NCBI GenBank assembly: GCA_016207275.1
Contig: JACQPY010000009.1
Span: 27,637-91,636 of the forward strand
Direction of reading: 5' to 3'
Source: Candidatus Kerfeldbacteria bacterium
GTDB taxonomy: Bacteria; Patescibacteriota; Patescibacteriia; SBBC01
Length of the DNA stretch: 64,000 bases
The notes under the pieces: model-generated
Databases searched by the model: none
The model's input: only the letters and a program-made list of their open reading frames with translations
What the model was told of the DNA's origin: nothing
Shown here: piece by piece, positions 50,104-61,059 of the stretch
How the letters are laid out: each line of letters opens with the position of its first letter
How positions within the stretch are numbered: position 1 is the first letter of the stretch
Made by a program: the position numbers and the translations under genes

Positions 50104-50946
50104 ATGGCCACTTACATCCTTCCCGTCATCTTCCTGGCGGCTGGGCTGCTGGCTGTTCTGTACTACCGCTCGGTTCCGCCAACGAGTCAGCTGCGCCATC
50201 GGTTGCCGAACCGCGTCAGCGCAGCGGCGTTAGTTTTAACCGCGGCCATTGGTTTTGGCATGTGGCTGATTATTCGTTTCGCCGCCACGCCGTTCCTAAA
50301 AGCAGCTGGCGTGACCACGCTGCTGTTCTACCTCCTGACCTTTGAATCAGTGCTGCTGCTCGCCTTTCGCTGGTTCCGCTCCAACCTTCTCAGCGTCATC
50401 GTTTCCCTCATCATCGTCGTTGTCCCGTTCACCATTCAGTACCGCTCACCCAGCTTCGAGCTTTCCAACGCCCTGATCGTCGCCGCCACCCTCGGGGCCA
50501 CCACGCTGCTGATCCGGCTCAACCTCCTGCGGACGCGGATCATCGTACTGGCTTTTGTGCTGCTGACGCTCAATGATATTCTCAACGTCACCTACATCCT
50601 GCCGCGACTGCCGCTGGCGCCGTACCCGCAAACGCCGCTGCCGCTGCTGATCTTCCCGACAGTCAACGTCGCCGGTCGCGTGGTCGGCAGCGGCGACTTC
50701 ATGTTCTTGGCCTTAGCCACGTTGGTCATCCTGCGCGACCTGGGCACCGGCGCGGCAGTCATCCACGCCGTCCTTCAGTCAGTGGCTCTGCTCGTGACGC
50801 TGGCCGCGACCGCTGGCAGCAACCAGCTTATCCCCTACCTGACGGTCATGACGCCGATTTTTCTGCTGGTCTACTTGGTCGCCCGGATCAACCAGTCAAC
50901 AACAATGCAAAGTCCACCCAAAATCGCGTCTGGCCAGACTCGCTAA
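50104..50946 (+). CDS. Polytopic membrane protein, GxGD intramembrane-protease-like
   Basis: TM-embedded LND, then VGSGDF and IPYL, in the order of YD/GxGD/PAL. Confidence 0.55.
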   Translation: MATYILPVIFLAAGLLAVLYYRSVPPTSQLRHRLPNRVSAAALVLTAAIGFGMWLIIRFAATPFLKAAGVTTLLFYLLTFESVLLLAFRWFRSNLLSVIVSLIIVVVPFTIQYRSPSFELSNALIVAATLGATTLLIRLNLLRTRIIVLAFVLLTLNDILNVTYILPRLPLAPYPQTPLPLLIFPTVNVAGRVVGSGDFMFLALATLVILRDLGTGAAVIHAVLQSVALLVTLAATAGSNQLIPYLTVMTPIFLLVYLVARINQSTTMQSPPKIASGQTR

Positions 50947-50955
50947 TGCCGGGCT

Positions 50956-51990
50956 TTACGCCCCGCTCTCCTCAGCCCGCTTCGTTTTGACGGCCTCGAT
51001 AATCTTGGTCCGAATTTCTTCGAACGTCTTGGGATTTTGCTTGAGGTACTGTCGCACGTTCTCGCGGCCGACCCCAAACTTCGTTTCTCCAAACGAAACT
51101 GTATTCCCTGACTTAGTCAACACGCCCCACTGCAAACCGGCGTCGATCGCGTCGCCTTCTTTTGAGATTCCCTCGTTGTAGAGGATGTCAAACTCGGTCG
51201 TCCGGAACGGCGCGGCCACCTTGTTTTTGACTACCTTGGCGATGACGCGATTACCAATGACCCTTTCTCCCTGTTTGAGTTGACCGATCCGTCGGACCTC
51301 GATCCGGACCGACGAGTAGAACTTCAAAGCTGTCCCGCCGGTGGTCGTCTCCGGATTGCCGAAGAAGACGCCGATCTTCATCCGCGTTTGGTTGATGAAA
51401 ATCACGATCGTCTTCGTCTTCGAGACCACCGCCGTCAGCTTGCGCAACGCCTGACTCATCAGTCGCGCCTGCAGGCCCATCTGCGGCGCGCCCATTTCGC
51501 CTTCGATTTCCGCTTTTGGCGTCAGCGCGGCCACCGAGTCGACCACCACCACATCGACCGCGTTCGAGCGAACGAGCGTTTCCAGAATTTCCAACGCCTG
51601 CTCGCCGGTGTCTGGTTGGCTAATCAACAGCTCGTCGACGTTAATGCCGATCTTCTTGGCGTATTCCGGATCAAGGGCGTGCTCGGCGTCAATGAAGGCA
51701 GCCACGCCGCCCGCTTTTTGCACTTCGGCCACAATATGCTGGGCCAAGGTCGTCTTGCCGGACGCTTCCGGTCCGAAAATTTCGACCACTCGTCCGCGCG
51801 GCACCCCGAACACGCCCAGGGCAATATCCAACGACGTGCAGCCCGTGGTAATCGCTTCAACCTGCATCGCTTTGGCTTCACCGAACTTCATGATCGAACC
51901 GGCGCCGAAGCGTTCCTGGATTTGCTCGATAGCTAATCGCGCGGCGTTCTGCCGTGCGTTCGCCGGAGGGGTTGATCGTTCTTTGGCCAT
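50956..51990 (-). CDS. recA: Recombinase A
   Basis: [31 protein letters not shown]. Confidence 0.98.
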   Translation of the reverse strand: MAKERSTPPANARQNAARLAIEQIQERFGAGSIMKFGEAKAMQVEAITTGCTSLDIALGVFGVPRGRVVEIFGPEASGKTTLAQHIVAEVQKAGGVAAFIDAEHALDPEYAKKIGINVDELLISQPDTGEQALEILETLVRSNAVDVVVVDSVAALTPKAEIEGEMGAPQMGLQARLMSQALRKLTAVVSKTKTIVIFINQTRMKIGVFFGNPETTTGGTALKFYSSVRIEVRRIGQLKQGERVIGNRVIAKVVKNKVAAPFRTTEFDILYNEGISKEGDAIDAGLQWGVLTKSGNTVSFGETKFGVGRENVRQYLKQNPKTFEEIRTKIIEAVKTKRAEESGA

Positions 51991-52015
51991 ACGTTCTCCT
52001 GTTACGCCACCATAG

Positions 52016-52693
52016 TTAGTCAGCTGATTGAACGAGAATTTGTCGGACCACCGTCGTCGCGCGGCCGCGCTTTCGTTGCGCTCGAATAATCACGGTATTG
52101 AGACCAGCCTGCAAGTCGAGTACGTCATGGAACCGGCCGTCACGGTCAACGACAATCGGGCTGCCGTTAGCGGTCACGATGGTCTCCGGTTCAGTCGTGC
52201 CAACGAGCTCAACGGTTCGCTCGGTTGTGGTCAGTTGGTCGGGCGGCGAGTGGATGTTCAGCGACGGCGGGGCGTTGAGGTTACGAATTTCTAAACCCAA
52301 GTATACCAGAACACCAACCGCCAGCAAGACCACGCCCGCCCGGCGTAGCCGCTGCGGGGTGAGCAGTTCGCGTGGCCGTCCGCCGGCCCCCAGTACCGCC
52401 GCGGCGGTCGGCCGCAACTTAGCCGCGACGGCGTACTCGCGTTCGAGTAGCCGGAGCGCACTATCCTCGCGAATTTCTAAAGCCTGGGCGTAGGCCCGAA
52501 CAAAACTGCGGGCGTAGACGGCCCCGGGTAGATCACCGTAACGACCTTCCTCGATCGCGCGCAGGTGTTTGACGTTGATGCCGGTCTGCTGGGCCACGGC
52601 CTCGAGCGTCAGCTGGGCATCCTGACGGACCTGCCGCAACCGTTCACCCAGCAGGTGCGCCGTGCCGACCGCTCGCGTTCGAAACGGCGTCAT
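52016..52693 (-). CDS. RodZ-like HTH-TM-Ig protein
   Basis: LGERLRQVR...L.AIEEG....LPG.VY.RSFVR.YA..L; TM; Ig-like C-terminus. Confidence 0.8.
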   Translation of the reverse strand: MTPFRTRAVGTAHLLGERLRQVRQDAQLTLEAVAQQTGINVKHLRAIEEGRYGDLPGAVYARSFVRAYAQALEIREDSALRLLEREYAVAAKLRPTAAAVLGAGGRPRELLTPQRLRRAGVVLLAVGVLVYLGLEIRNLNAPPSLNIHSPPDQLTTTERTVELVGTTEPETIVTANGSPIVVDRDGRFHDVLDLQAGLNTVIIRAQRKRGRATTVVRQILVQSAD

Positions 52694-54960
52694 CGCCCCA
52701 ACCGTTCATCGTCCGATGATTCGTCTGACCCGAGATCCGGTTCAACCGCTTGTCCATTGACACCGTCACCATCATCTGGTTCATCGATCCCGACGTAACC
52801 GGCGCGGCTAATCAGAATTTCGCGCGGCTTGGCGCCCTCTCCCGGCCCGATGATGCCGCGCTCTTCGAGCAAGTCAAGCAACCGGGCCGCCCGAGCGTAG
52901 CCGACGCGCAACCGACGTTGCAAAAACGAAGCCGAGGCCTTGCCCGAGCGCAAGATTAAGTCCTTGGCCTCGCCGAGCAACTCGTCCTCCCCCAGCTCTT
53001 CCAGGCCGACGCGGCTGGCTTCGACCATCGGTTTTTCAGTCACCGATGGGACGTAATCAGGCGTAGCCTGATCTTTCAAAAATTGGGTGACGCGCTGGAT
53101 TTCGTTGTCTGACACGTAGGCCGCCTGCAGACGTTTCGGCTTTGACAGTTCGCTCGAAACGAATAGCATGTCACCTTTGCCGAGCAGCTTCTCCGCCCCC
53201 GACATGTCGAGGATGGTCCGCGAGTCAACCGCCGAGGCCACGTTGAAAGCAATTCGGGACGTGATGTTGGCTTTAATCAACCCGGTAATGACGTTGACGC
53301 TCGGCCGCTGGGTGGCCACGACTAAGTGGATGCCGACGGCCCTGGCCATTTGCGCTAGACGGATGATCGCGCCCTCGACTTCCTGGGCCGCCACGCTCAT
53401 CAAATCTGCCAGTTCGTCGATAATGACCACAATGTACGGCATGCCGTCGTCAACTTCGCGGTGGTAGCCCTGAATGTTGCGCTGGCCGCTGCTCGACAAA
53501 ACTTGAAACCGGCGGTCCATTTCGCCGACAATCCAACGCAGGGCGTTAACGGTTTTCGTCGTTTCGGTAATGACCGGGGTGAGCAGGTGCGGGACGTCAT
53601 TGTACACCGTGAACTCGACCCGCTTCGGGTCGACCATAATCAGTTTCAAATCGTCTGGCGAGTTGACGTAGAGTAGGGAAATGATCAAGGAGTTAAGCAT
53701 CACCGATTTGCCCGAGCCGGTGGCGCCGGCGATCAGCAGGTGCGGCATCGGGTCGAGGTTAGCCACCCACGGCAGGCCGGCCACGTCCTTACCCAGGGTA
53801 AAAGTCAGATTGGACTTGCGCTTCTTGAACGGCTCGGACTCGATGATGTCGCGCAAGTTAACGATCGCCACCGACTCATTTGGCACTTCGATGCCGACCA
53901 ACGACATCCCCGGGATTGGCGCCTCAATCCGGATCGGGTGGGCGGCTAACGCCAACGCCAGATCGTTGTGCAGGGCCGTAATCTGGCTGAGCTTCACGCC
54001 GTCGGCCGGCTTGAGGGTGAACTGGGTTACGGTCGGACCGACGTTGACCGCGCCCATCTCGACTGAAATGCCGAAGTTTTCGAGTGTTTTACGGATATGC
54101 TCTTTCTTGTCTTCGATTTGGCTCAAGCTAGCCTTCGATGGCGTGCGGTCGAGTAGATCAGGGGGGATCTCAATCTTCCGGTGCTTCCGTGGCGGTGGCT
54201 CGAACAACTTGGTTTGCGTTCCCTCAGCCACTGCCGGTGAGGCGGCTGCCACCGGTCGTTGATCAAACGTTGTCGGAGTATCAAGCGATTCGGCTTTAGT
54301 CGACTCCGCTTCCTCCTCTTCAGCGTCGAGTGACTGCTGGCGCTCAGTCAAGCGGTACCGGAGTCGGTACCACCACGAACGCAATGTGCCGTACCACGAA
54401 CCAACCACATTCCCGCGCGCGGCCAGCGCCGTCAACGTCGTATTGAACGTTACGAGCAATGCAATAATAAGGACCGCGATCAACACCACGGTGGCGGCCA
54501 GTGAACCGACCACCGCGCGTAATGGATAGCTCAAGAGCAGTCCGACATAGCCGCCACCCTCACCCGCGGCAATCGCATCGACCGCCTCGGCCAGCGGCAC
54601 CGTCAGGTGCAGGAGCGCCGTACCGCTGAGAACTAACAGGCTCAGGCCGACGTAGAAAGACGAGCGGAGCGGGTAGCGGTCAGGAAAAAGCAGGAGGTAG
54701 CCAACGGCAATGAATCCGACCGGCACTAAGAACCGGAACCCGCCGAGCAGCAACGTCAGGCCCTGGTTGATTTGCGCGCCGAGCGGGCCAGCCAGGTTAA
54801 ACAAGCTCAGCGCGCAGATCGCGGCCACGGTAAATAGAACTACCACGGTGATGCCGTGGCGCGTCTCGGGGTTGAGCGGTTCGGGTCGCTTTGCGCTTTC
54901 GCCGTCAGATCGCTTCCGGCTCGCCGAGGTCGCCCGTCGTTCGTTTCTCGATTCCTGCAT
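52690..54960 (-). CDS. ftsK: DNA translocase FtsK
   Basis: 4-TM N-terminus; PHLLIAGATGSGKS, IIDELAD, gamma domain; start chosen downstream of TACAAT. Confidence 0.95.
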   Translation of the reverse strand: MQESRNERRATSASRKRSDGESAKRPEPLNPETRHGITVVVLFTVAAICALSLFNLAGPLGAQINQGLTLLLGGFRFLVPVGFIAVGYLLLFPDRYPLRSSFYVGLSLLVLSGTALLHLTVPLAEAVDAIAAGEGGGYVGLLLSYPLRAVVGSLAATVVLIAVLIIALLVTFNTTLTALAARGNVVGSWYGTLRSWWYRLRYRLTERQQSLDAEEEEAESTKAESLDTPTTFDQRPVAAASPAVAEGTQTKLFEPPPRKHRKIEIPPDLLDRTPSKASLSQIEDKKEHIRKTLENFGISVEMGAVNVGPTVTQFTLKPADGVKLSQITALHNDLALALAAHPIRIEAPIPGMSLVGIEVPNESVAIVNLRDIIESEPFKKRKSNLTFTLGKDVAGLPWVANLDPMPHLLIAGATGSGKSVMLNSLIISLLYVNSPDDLKLIMVDPKRVEFTVYNDVPHLLTPVITETTKTVNALRWIVGEMDRRFQVLSSSGQRNIQGYHREVDDGMPYIVVIIDELADLMSVAAQEVEGAIIRLAQMARAVGIHLVVATQRPSVNVITGLIKANITSRIAFNVASAVDSRTILDMSGAEKLLGKGDMLFVSSELSKPKRLQAAYVSDNEIQRVTQFLKDQATPDYVPSVTEKPMVEASRVGLEELGEDELLGEAKDLILRSGKASASFLQRRLRVGYARAARLLDLLEERGIIGPGEGAKPREILISRAGYVGIDEPDDGDGVNGQAVEPDLGSDESSDDERLGR

Positions 54961-55050
54961 ACCGGACTTCGACATTGTACCACGTTTTCGTTCCGGCGTA
55001 CAGGCGATCGTTGAGCGATTTACGTAAACGCAGTACACTAACAACGAACC

Positions 55051-57768
55051 GTGAGCAAGATGAGATACTTTATTTCCAAGTGGCCGCGGCGAATAACGCT
55101 TGGCCTCGTCGTCGCCTGCGGGGTTGCCGTTCTAGCGGCTACCAACCATCGCGCATCAATCGCCCAGGATGCGGTTACGCTCGACTACGGCGCGATCGCC
55201 CGTCAAACTTTTACCCAGCTTCTGCAGCAAGCGGAGTCGTTAGTCGACTCAAGTGCTGGTCCGGCCGAACCAACCAACCACTTGAACATTTCGGCCGCCA
55301 GCACCAACAGTTCCTCCTCGCCGCTCCAGCCATTTCCCCACCCGGCGATGTATGGTGGCGCCAGCAGTTCGGGCTGGCCGTTCGTCGGCACCGTGGACAA
55401 TCCTTTGTCACCGAGCAACGCGCCGCTCAATACCGCCGTCATCAATGCCTACGCCAAATTCCCCCAGGTCATTCTGCCGCCAACGCCACTATCCGATGGA
55501 CGTTTAGACATCATTCCAGCGTTCCGGGCAAGTAACCCGGCAATCAAAGTCTTTGGCTACACCGTTGGCCATGTCACCTGGTGCCCGCAGTACAACGGCC
55601 TCAATAACTACCCGGTCGGTTACTACTACCGCGACTACTGGCTCGCCGTTTCTAATGGGGATCCGAGCTGCACCCCCTCGGGAAACCGTTTTCTGTGGAA
55701 CCAGGCCAGTGCCCTGTGGGGACCGGCGAACGTGAATTTGGCATTCCGTGAACAGCAGCCGGACGGCACGTACCGCTACACCTTGGCTGAGGCGCTGGCG
55801 GAAACAATGTACGAACACGCTAAGCCGTCCCGAGGATTTGATGGTATTTTCGTTGACATTTTCTGTCCGGGTGTGCTGTGGGCGGAAACACCGACTGAAC
55901 TGATTGATTACGCCCGGGCTGGCTACGGCACCGACAACAGCGATTCCGCCAACCGGACCGCCTTCGATGCCGGTTGGAAAGCTGGCCACCGGCGCCTAGC
56001 TGAGCGCTTACGCGAACTAGCGGTGGCTGACGGTCATTCTGATTTACCGATCGCCGCCAACTGCGGCCAAGGACCAGCTGAGCTGCAACCAATCCTCAAC
56101 GGCTGGATGCGCGAGAACTATCCCTACCAGAACGGCGGCAGTTTTTACACCAACATGCTGACCTACCCCTGGGGCTACCTCCACCAAGAACGCGGCTTCC
56201 GATCACCGCAGTACAACTACATTTTCACTGGTTCCGAGCCGACGAGTGAACCATACTCCGCCTACAACCAACAGAAAATGCGCTTCGGACTCGGCAGCGC
56301 CAGTCTGGGCAATGGCTACCACGCTTTTGAAGATGTTTCGGCCGCCCCGGTAAATGGCCATTACTACGACTGGTGGTACGACGAATACGGCGTTGACCTG
56401 GCCACCGGGCAGGCCGGCAACGGGTTGCGGTACGCCGGCTGGCTCGGTCAGCCCCAGGGCGAAGCTTATCAAATGGTCTATCCCGACTTTACGGCCAAAC
56501 CTGACCGGCTGACGACTAACCAAAACTTTGAAATGAGCGGCGCATCCCCCACCGATATTCCGGGTTGGGTCGGCGCAGTCTACAGTCCGGCCGTCGGGAG
56601 CGTCACCCGAGACACGACCACCGCGGCTGAAGGCAACGCTTCGGTGCATCTTCGCGTCGATGTGCCGCACAACGTCTACGACTACATGGTCAAGATCGCC
56701 TCAAGCCAGACGTTTGCCGTAACCGCCTACCAGCAGTACAGCGTCACCTTCTGGGCAAAGGCTTCAGCCTCACGCTACGTGGAAATACAGTTTGCCAGCG
56801 CAAACGCTGCGCAAAGCCTGCCAGTCACCACTGAATGGCGGCGATATCAAGCCGTCCTGAAACCAACCAGCTCCGGCTCAACCTCAGTTCAGTTCAACGT
56901 CGGCACGATTGCCGGCGACGTCTGGGTAGACAACGTGCACGTCCAATCCGGCGTGTCGAGCGTTTGGCGTCGTGACTTTGACAATGGTATTGTCCTCCTT
57001 AACCCCAGTGATTCAGTCCAGACCGTGCCGCTGGAAAAAGCCTTCCAAAAAATCAAAGGCACGGTCAATCCCACGCTTAACGACGGCTCAGTTGTCAGTT
57101 CAGTCACCCTAACACCGAACGTCTCGCAGGGCATTGGCGACGGCATTTTCTTGCTCAAGGTCGACCGCGCCCCGCCAGCGGCAATTACCGACCTGCGAGT
57201 CAGTGGCGGCTCGATCTCGTTTACCTCCGGTCGACACCGGACTACGATTCTCCCCTTCGGCCCCCGCTACCGCGGGGGTTTGTTCGCTAAGCGAATCTCG
57301 TTTCGCTCGCCGAAGCGAACCGTCTACTTAGTTGCACCGACCGCGGGTAGTAACCGCGACGAAGTCAAGCTGTACGATAACCGTGGCCGCCCGCTGGCAA
57401 CGGTCACACCTTTCGGTCAATCGTCCCGCCGCGGTCTGACGGCCGACGTCATCGCTCAGCCAAAAAACCAACGAGTCTACCTGGCAGTCGCCGGCCGCCA
57501 GCGTCAGCCGACCATTCAGCTGTACGAGGTGACGCCACAGAAGCTGATCCACTTCAGCTCACTGGGAATTGCCTCATTAGTCCCGCGCAACATCACACTA
57601 CGGTTCATGCGGCTATTCCGAAACGAGGACATGTTAGTCGCGGCTATTCCCCAGCAGCCGCCGGCAATCAGCGTCTACCGCTTGAATGCTCGTCAACGTC
57701 CAGCCCGCGATCGATCGTACAATACGGCCAAGCTCAGGTACGACGGGCGCCGAATTACGTGGCGATAG
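55051..57768 (+). CDS. Secreted putative glycoside hydrolase with CBM4/9-like domain
   Basis: FDGIFVD, NGWMRE, MRFGLGSA.LGNGY, WWYDEY...LG.P, VWRRDFDNGIVLLNP; internal carbohydrate-binding-like domain. Confidence 0.65.
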   Translation: MSKMRYFISKWPRRITLGLVVACGVAVLAATNHRASIAQDAVTLDYGAIARQTFTQLLQQAESLVDSSAGPAEPTNHLNISAASTNSSSSPLQPFPHPAMYGGASSSGWPFVGTVDNPLSPSNAPLNTAVINAYAKFPQVILPPTPLSDGRLDIIPAFRASNPAIKVFGYTVGHVTWCPQYNGLNNYPVGYYYRDYWLAVSNGDPSCTPSGNRFLWNQASALWGPANVNLAFREQQPDGTYRYTLAEALAETMYEHAKPSRGFDGIFVDIFCPGVLWAETPTELIDYARAGYGTDNSDSANRTAFDAGWKAGHRRLAERLRELAVADGHSDLPIAANCGQGPAELQPILNGWMRENYPYQNGGSFYTNMLTYPWGYLHQERGFRSPQYNYIFTGSEPTSEPYSAYNQQKMRFGLGSASLGNGYHAFEDVSAAPVNGHYYDWWYDEYGVDLATGQAGNGLRYAGWLGQPQGEAYQMVYPDFTAKPDRLTTNQNFEMSGASPTDIPGWVGAVYSPAVGSVTRDTTTAAEGNASVHLRVDVPHNVYDYMVKIASSQTFAVTAYQQYSVTFWAKASASRYVEIQFASANAAQSLPVTTEWRRYQAVLKPTSSGSTSVQFNVGTIAGDVWVDNVHVQSGVSSVWRRDFDNGIVLLNPSDSVQTVPLEKAFQKIKGTVNPTLNDGSVVSSVTLTPNVSQGIGDGIFLLKVDRAPPAAITDLRVSGGSISFTSGRHRTTILPFGPRYRGGLFAKRISFRSPKRTVYLVAPTAGSNRDEVKLYDNRGRPLATVTPFGQSSRRGLTADVIAQPKNQRVYLAVAGRQRQPTIQLYEVTPQKLIHFSSLGIASLVPRNITLRFMRLFRNEDMLVAAIPQQPPAISVYRLNARQRPARDRSYNTAKLRYDGRRITWR

Positions 57769-57846
57769 GGTCGATACACCGTCGTCGCTTGTGGTATACT
57801 GTACCTAGATCGGTGTTGATAAGTGCAAACGCAACCGTGAAAGGGG

Positions 57847-58236
57847 GTGAGCAGCGTGACTAAGCAATTTGCAATGATCGTCGGGTGGGTTCTGATCATC
57901 GTCGGTATTCTCAACTTTTTCCTCTCACCCATTAAGCTTTTGCCGGCCCACGGCGTCTTCCACATTGTGGCGGGCTTGCTTGGGGTGGTCCTAACCAAGA
58001 GTCACAAGGGCTACACCATGTGGGTTGGAGTAATTGGCGTTCTATTGGCCGTTATCGGCTTTGCCGGTGTTCAGAACATTCTCGGACTTATTGACCTGCC
58101 GGTCCTGTTCAACTACGTCCACGCCATTCTCGGCGTGGCCGGTCTGCTGGTGTACTTTGGTGCTCGCGGCGAAAAGATGATGCCTGCCGGCGGCGGTACC
58201 ATGCCCCCAGGTGGTGGTATGGGTACGTCCGCGTAA
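57847..58236 (+). CDS. DUF4383-like membrane protein
   Basis: G.VLIIVGIL.F, H..FHIVAG, N..H..LG. Confidence 0.7.
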   Translation: MSSVTKQFAMIVGWVLIIVGILNFFLSPIKLLPAHGVFHIVAGLLGVVLTKSHKGYTMWVGVIGVLLAVIGFAGVQNILGLIDLPVLFNYVHAILGVAGLLVYFGARGEKMMPAGGGTMPPGGGMGTSA

Positions 58237-58260
58237 CCCCGACCATTTTGAATTGGGGAG

Positions 58261-58290
58261 ACAAAAATCCTCCAGACGGAGGATTTTTGT
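58261..58290. terminator. Bidirectional intrinsic terminator
   Basis: ACAAAAATCCTCC-agac-GGAGGATTTTTGT between convergent genes. Confidence 0.85.
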
Positions 58291-58303
58291 GTATCATAAT
58301 TTT

Positions 58304-58507
58304 TTATCGCTTCGGGGTCTTGATGCGTAGCCGGAGAATGACGAACAGGAGCAGGCCGCCAATGACGAGAATGAGCGGGTAATAGTGAAGGAAAAACAAA
58401 CCCAGTGGACCGGCGCGATCGTCAAAGCGGGTGGGGTGGAAGAACAAGTGGTGTGCCGGTACGGTTTCTACTCCGTGGTGGGCTAAACTGAGTAGTCCCA
58501 TGGCCAT
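58304..58507 (-). CDS. Small His-rich membrane protein
   Basis: C-terminal TM followed by a basic tail. Confidence 0.5.
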   Translation of the reverse strand: MAMGLLSLAHHGVETVPAHHLFFHPTRFDDRAGPLGLFFLHYYPLILVIGGLLLFVILRLRIKTPKR

Positions 58508-58704
58508 ACTAGCAGGGTATCGGACTTGACCTAAAAAATCAATCGCTCCGAATGGCCAAATCGCAGTAAGAAAAAAGCCGGGTGCGCGCTGTTACCATGC
58601 ACCCGGATGCAACTGTCCCTCTCGACCGGTTTGGTTGGGAGAAACACTTCGTTCATCTTCTGTTGTGCTAGAAATGAATTACCAGCTTCGGCGGCGGAGG
58701 CCAC

Positions 58705-58944
58705 ATGGCCAAACCAACTATCACGATAGGCCAAGGGGATGACCCGGTAGTCCTCATTAACGATCAACCCTTGCCGACGGTTCGAATAAAAAATCCGGGC
58801 GTGCATCCAGCTCTACATCAGCTGTATGCGCGCCCGGGGCACTGCTTGCTCACAGAGCTTCTGTCGGTCGCGTTACGCGCGCACCGACGGGTACATGGCT
58901 CCCTCAGGAGTCAGGAGGTTGGGGACCTCAATATCGAGGCCTGA
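58705..58944 (+). CDS. Hypothetical protein
   Basis: GGAGG SD; 79 aa. Confidence 0.35.
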   Translation: MAKPTITIGQGDDPVVLINDQPLPTVRIKNPGVHPALHQLYARPGHCLLTELLSVALRAHRRVHGSLRSQEVGDLNIEA

Positions 58945-58982
58945 CCCTCGAGGCGATTGACGGGAACTGCCCGTTCAGGTCG

Positions 58983-59279
58983 TCAGTAGTCACACCAGGC
59001 AATCATGTACGTGCAGACCGCCTCTTCGAGGGTGTACCAGAACGGGATGAGCCACTGCACCTGCCCGTTGATCACCCACTCGGCCTGCGCGTCGGCCGTA
59101 GTGATGGGCGACTGCAGCGCGACGTTCGTCGGCATCGTCGTCGAGACGTCGTTCGAACGCTGCTGCGTGACCTGGGTCGTCGTGTCGGTTTGGTGCATCA
59201 CCGGCGACTGCATCTTGATGGGGATCGCCGCCAGCACCAACGCCGCCAACCCAACCAACAGGAGCTTCTTCATTGCCAT
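58983..59279 (-). CDS. Small secreted protein
   Basis: GGAGGTG SD; MAMKKLLLVGLAALVLAA signal peptide. Confidence 0.65.
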   Translation of the reverse strand: MAMKKLLLVGLAALVLAAIPIKMQSPVMHQTDTTTQVTQQRSNDVSTTMPTNVALQSPITTADAQAEWVINGQVQWLIPFWYTLEEAVCTYMIAWCDY

Positions 59280-59314
59280 CACCTCCCTTCGTCCTGGAAT
59301 CAGCCGGCCCGCGT

Positions 59315-60073
59315 TTACGAGCCCGCTCGCACCATCGGTGACGTTCTCGGGTTGAGAACGACGTCTTTCCCGAAAATCCTCAGGGTGATGCCGGCGATCT
59401 CCTTCAGCTTGAAGTCGTAGCCGCCGTTCCGAATGAGGATGAGAAAGAGGTTTTCCGCCTGATTCACGTATTCGGGACTGTTCCACTTCGACCGGATCTC
59501 GTCGCCGGTGAAGAGAGAGCGCGCGCTGAGCATCGCCCGCATCTGATTGCAAAACTCCGCCTTCGATCCGGTCGGGTCGCCGAGCGACAGTCGAAGCGAA
59601 CGGATGACAACCGTGGAGACGGACGAGAACCGCCGACCGTCAGTCAGTGTCACCGTCACGCCGTCGTCCGGCTGCATCCGCCAGGCCCGCCGATTGCCCG
59701 AGGTGACGGGTCCGCTGACCGAGATGCTGACAATCATGAACGAGAATTCGGGCAGCGGATGATACTGCTGGTCGCGCGTCGACTTGTTCGTGACCTTCCA
59801 GAAAAACTCCATGCCGGCGCCCGGGTGCAGCCCGTCCCAGGCCTTCGGGTCGCAGTTCATGCAGCTGAACCGGAGTCCGGCTTGGGTCTCTGCCCAGGTC
59901 GCCATCTTGCCGTTCTGGACCGGCCCTTCATCAATCCAGATCCGATACGTCACGACGCCGGACGACGTCGAGTCGACGTAGGTCCCGCTCCACGGTGCTT
60001 CGGCCGCGCCCGCATGCGCCGGCCCCGCGAACGCGAGAAGCGCCAGGACTGCGAACAACGCGCGGATTTTCAT
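59315..60073 (-). CDS. Secreted hypothetical protein
   Basis: GAGGAGGAG SD; signal peptide ending AHA. Confidence 0.7.
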   Translation of the reverse strand: MKIRALFAVLALLAFAGPAHAGAAEAPWSGTYVDSTSSGVVTYRIWIDEGPVQNGKMATWAETQAGLRFSCMNCDPKAWDGLHPGAGMEFFWKVTNKSTRDQQYHPLPEFSFMIVSISVSGPVTSGNRRAWRMQPDDGVTVTLTDGRRFSSVSTVVIRSLRLSLGDPTGSKAEFCNQMRAMLSARSLFTGDEIRSKWNSPEYVNQAENLFLILIRNGGYDFKLKEIAGITLRIFGKDVVLNPRTSPMVRAGS

Positions 60074-60546
60074 CAGACGACTCCTCCTCGTGCAGGGGCT
60101 TCTCGCCGTTGCGGGTTGAACTGGTGGGTGATCACTGCCGCCCAGATGAAGAACCAGATGAGCTGGATCAGCTGGGCGACCGCCTCGAACGTCGGCGGTG
60201 ACGGGCGGAAACTGAACGGCCGCACGAACTCGCCGGTTGTCACGAGCAGGGTGAGGTCGAGCAGCGAAGCGACGACCATCAGGAAGCACGTCTTGAGGTA
60301 GAGATCGATGTACGCGCTCCACTGCGGCGCATGCCGATTGGTCGGTCCGGCGCAGAGGCGCGCGATACCGGTCCAGACCAGCATGCTGACCGTGAAGAAC
60401 GTGCACATGTGGACGAGCGAATCGAACCACCCGTCCTCAATGATCCCGATGCTCTTGAAGTAGACGCGCTTTACCATCTGGTAAACGCCGAGAACGATGA
60501 GCATCCAGGCGATCCTGCGCCAGTTGCCGGATGGTCTTGAGAACAT
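60073..60546 (-). CDS. 4-TM membrane protein
   Basis: Four hydrophobic segments; TGATG overlap with the next gene. Confidence 0.65.
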   Translation of the reverse strand: MFSRPSGNWRRIAWMLIVLGVYQMVKRVYFKSIGIIEDGWFDSLVHMCTFFTVSMLVWTGIARLCAGPTNRHAPQWSAYIDLYLKTCFLMVVASLLDLTLLVTTGEFVRPFSFRPSPPTFEAVAQLIQLIWFFIWAAVITHQFNPQRREAPARGGVV

Positions 60547-61059
60547 CTGATGCCTCGCTTTCTTGTTGGCCGTCGTAACGGCAGCGCGCTATTTCACGGA
60601 AAACGCGTTGTCAAAGGGCCGGGGTGCGGTTTCCCGCTTCTCGCAGCCCATATTTTGGTCTATATAGACCCTCCGATAGTGAATGCCCGGTAAGAAATAG
60701 GACCGCTGCCGCAACCTTAATCCCGACGTAAGCGGGTGTCAAGCACAACGAAAGGCAACAGGGATGGCAATGGTGCCATCCCCGGAAAGGACATGCAGTG
60801 CTGGTGTCGGCCGCCTCCGATGGAGGTGCAACTGGAAGTCGAAGCAGTCGAAACTTGTCTCGGGGGACACCCTATCCTTGGTGTTGAGCGTGAGGCTCAG
60901 GGGACCTCCGAACGGAGCGCGGCAGCAGCCTCGCATCTGCCACCAGCGGGTCAGCCAGACCCTCGACGCTCCAACCAGCACTGCAACAATCAACTATGAG
61001 TATACAAACTTATACCAAAACTGACCAGCTTTGATGGTTATGGTCGTTGTCGTTGCGCG

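Noticed and set aside
60736-61024. Several short overlapping ORFs after rpoC
   Set aside because: No motifs, SD or clearly preferred frame
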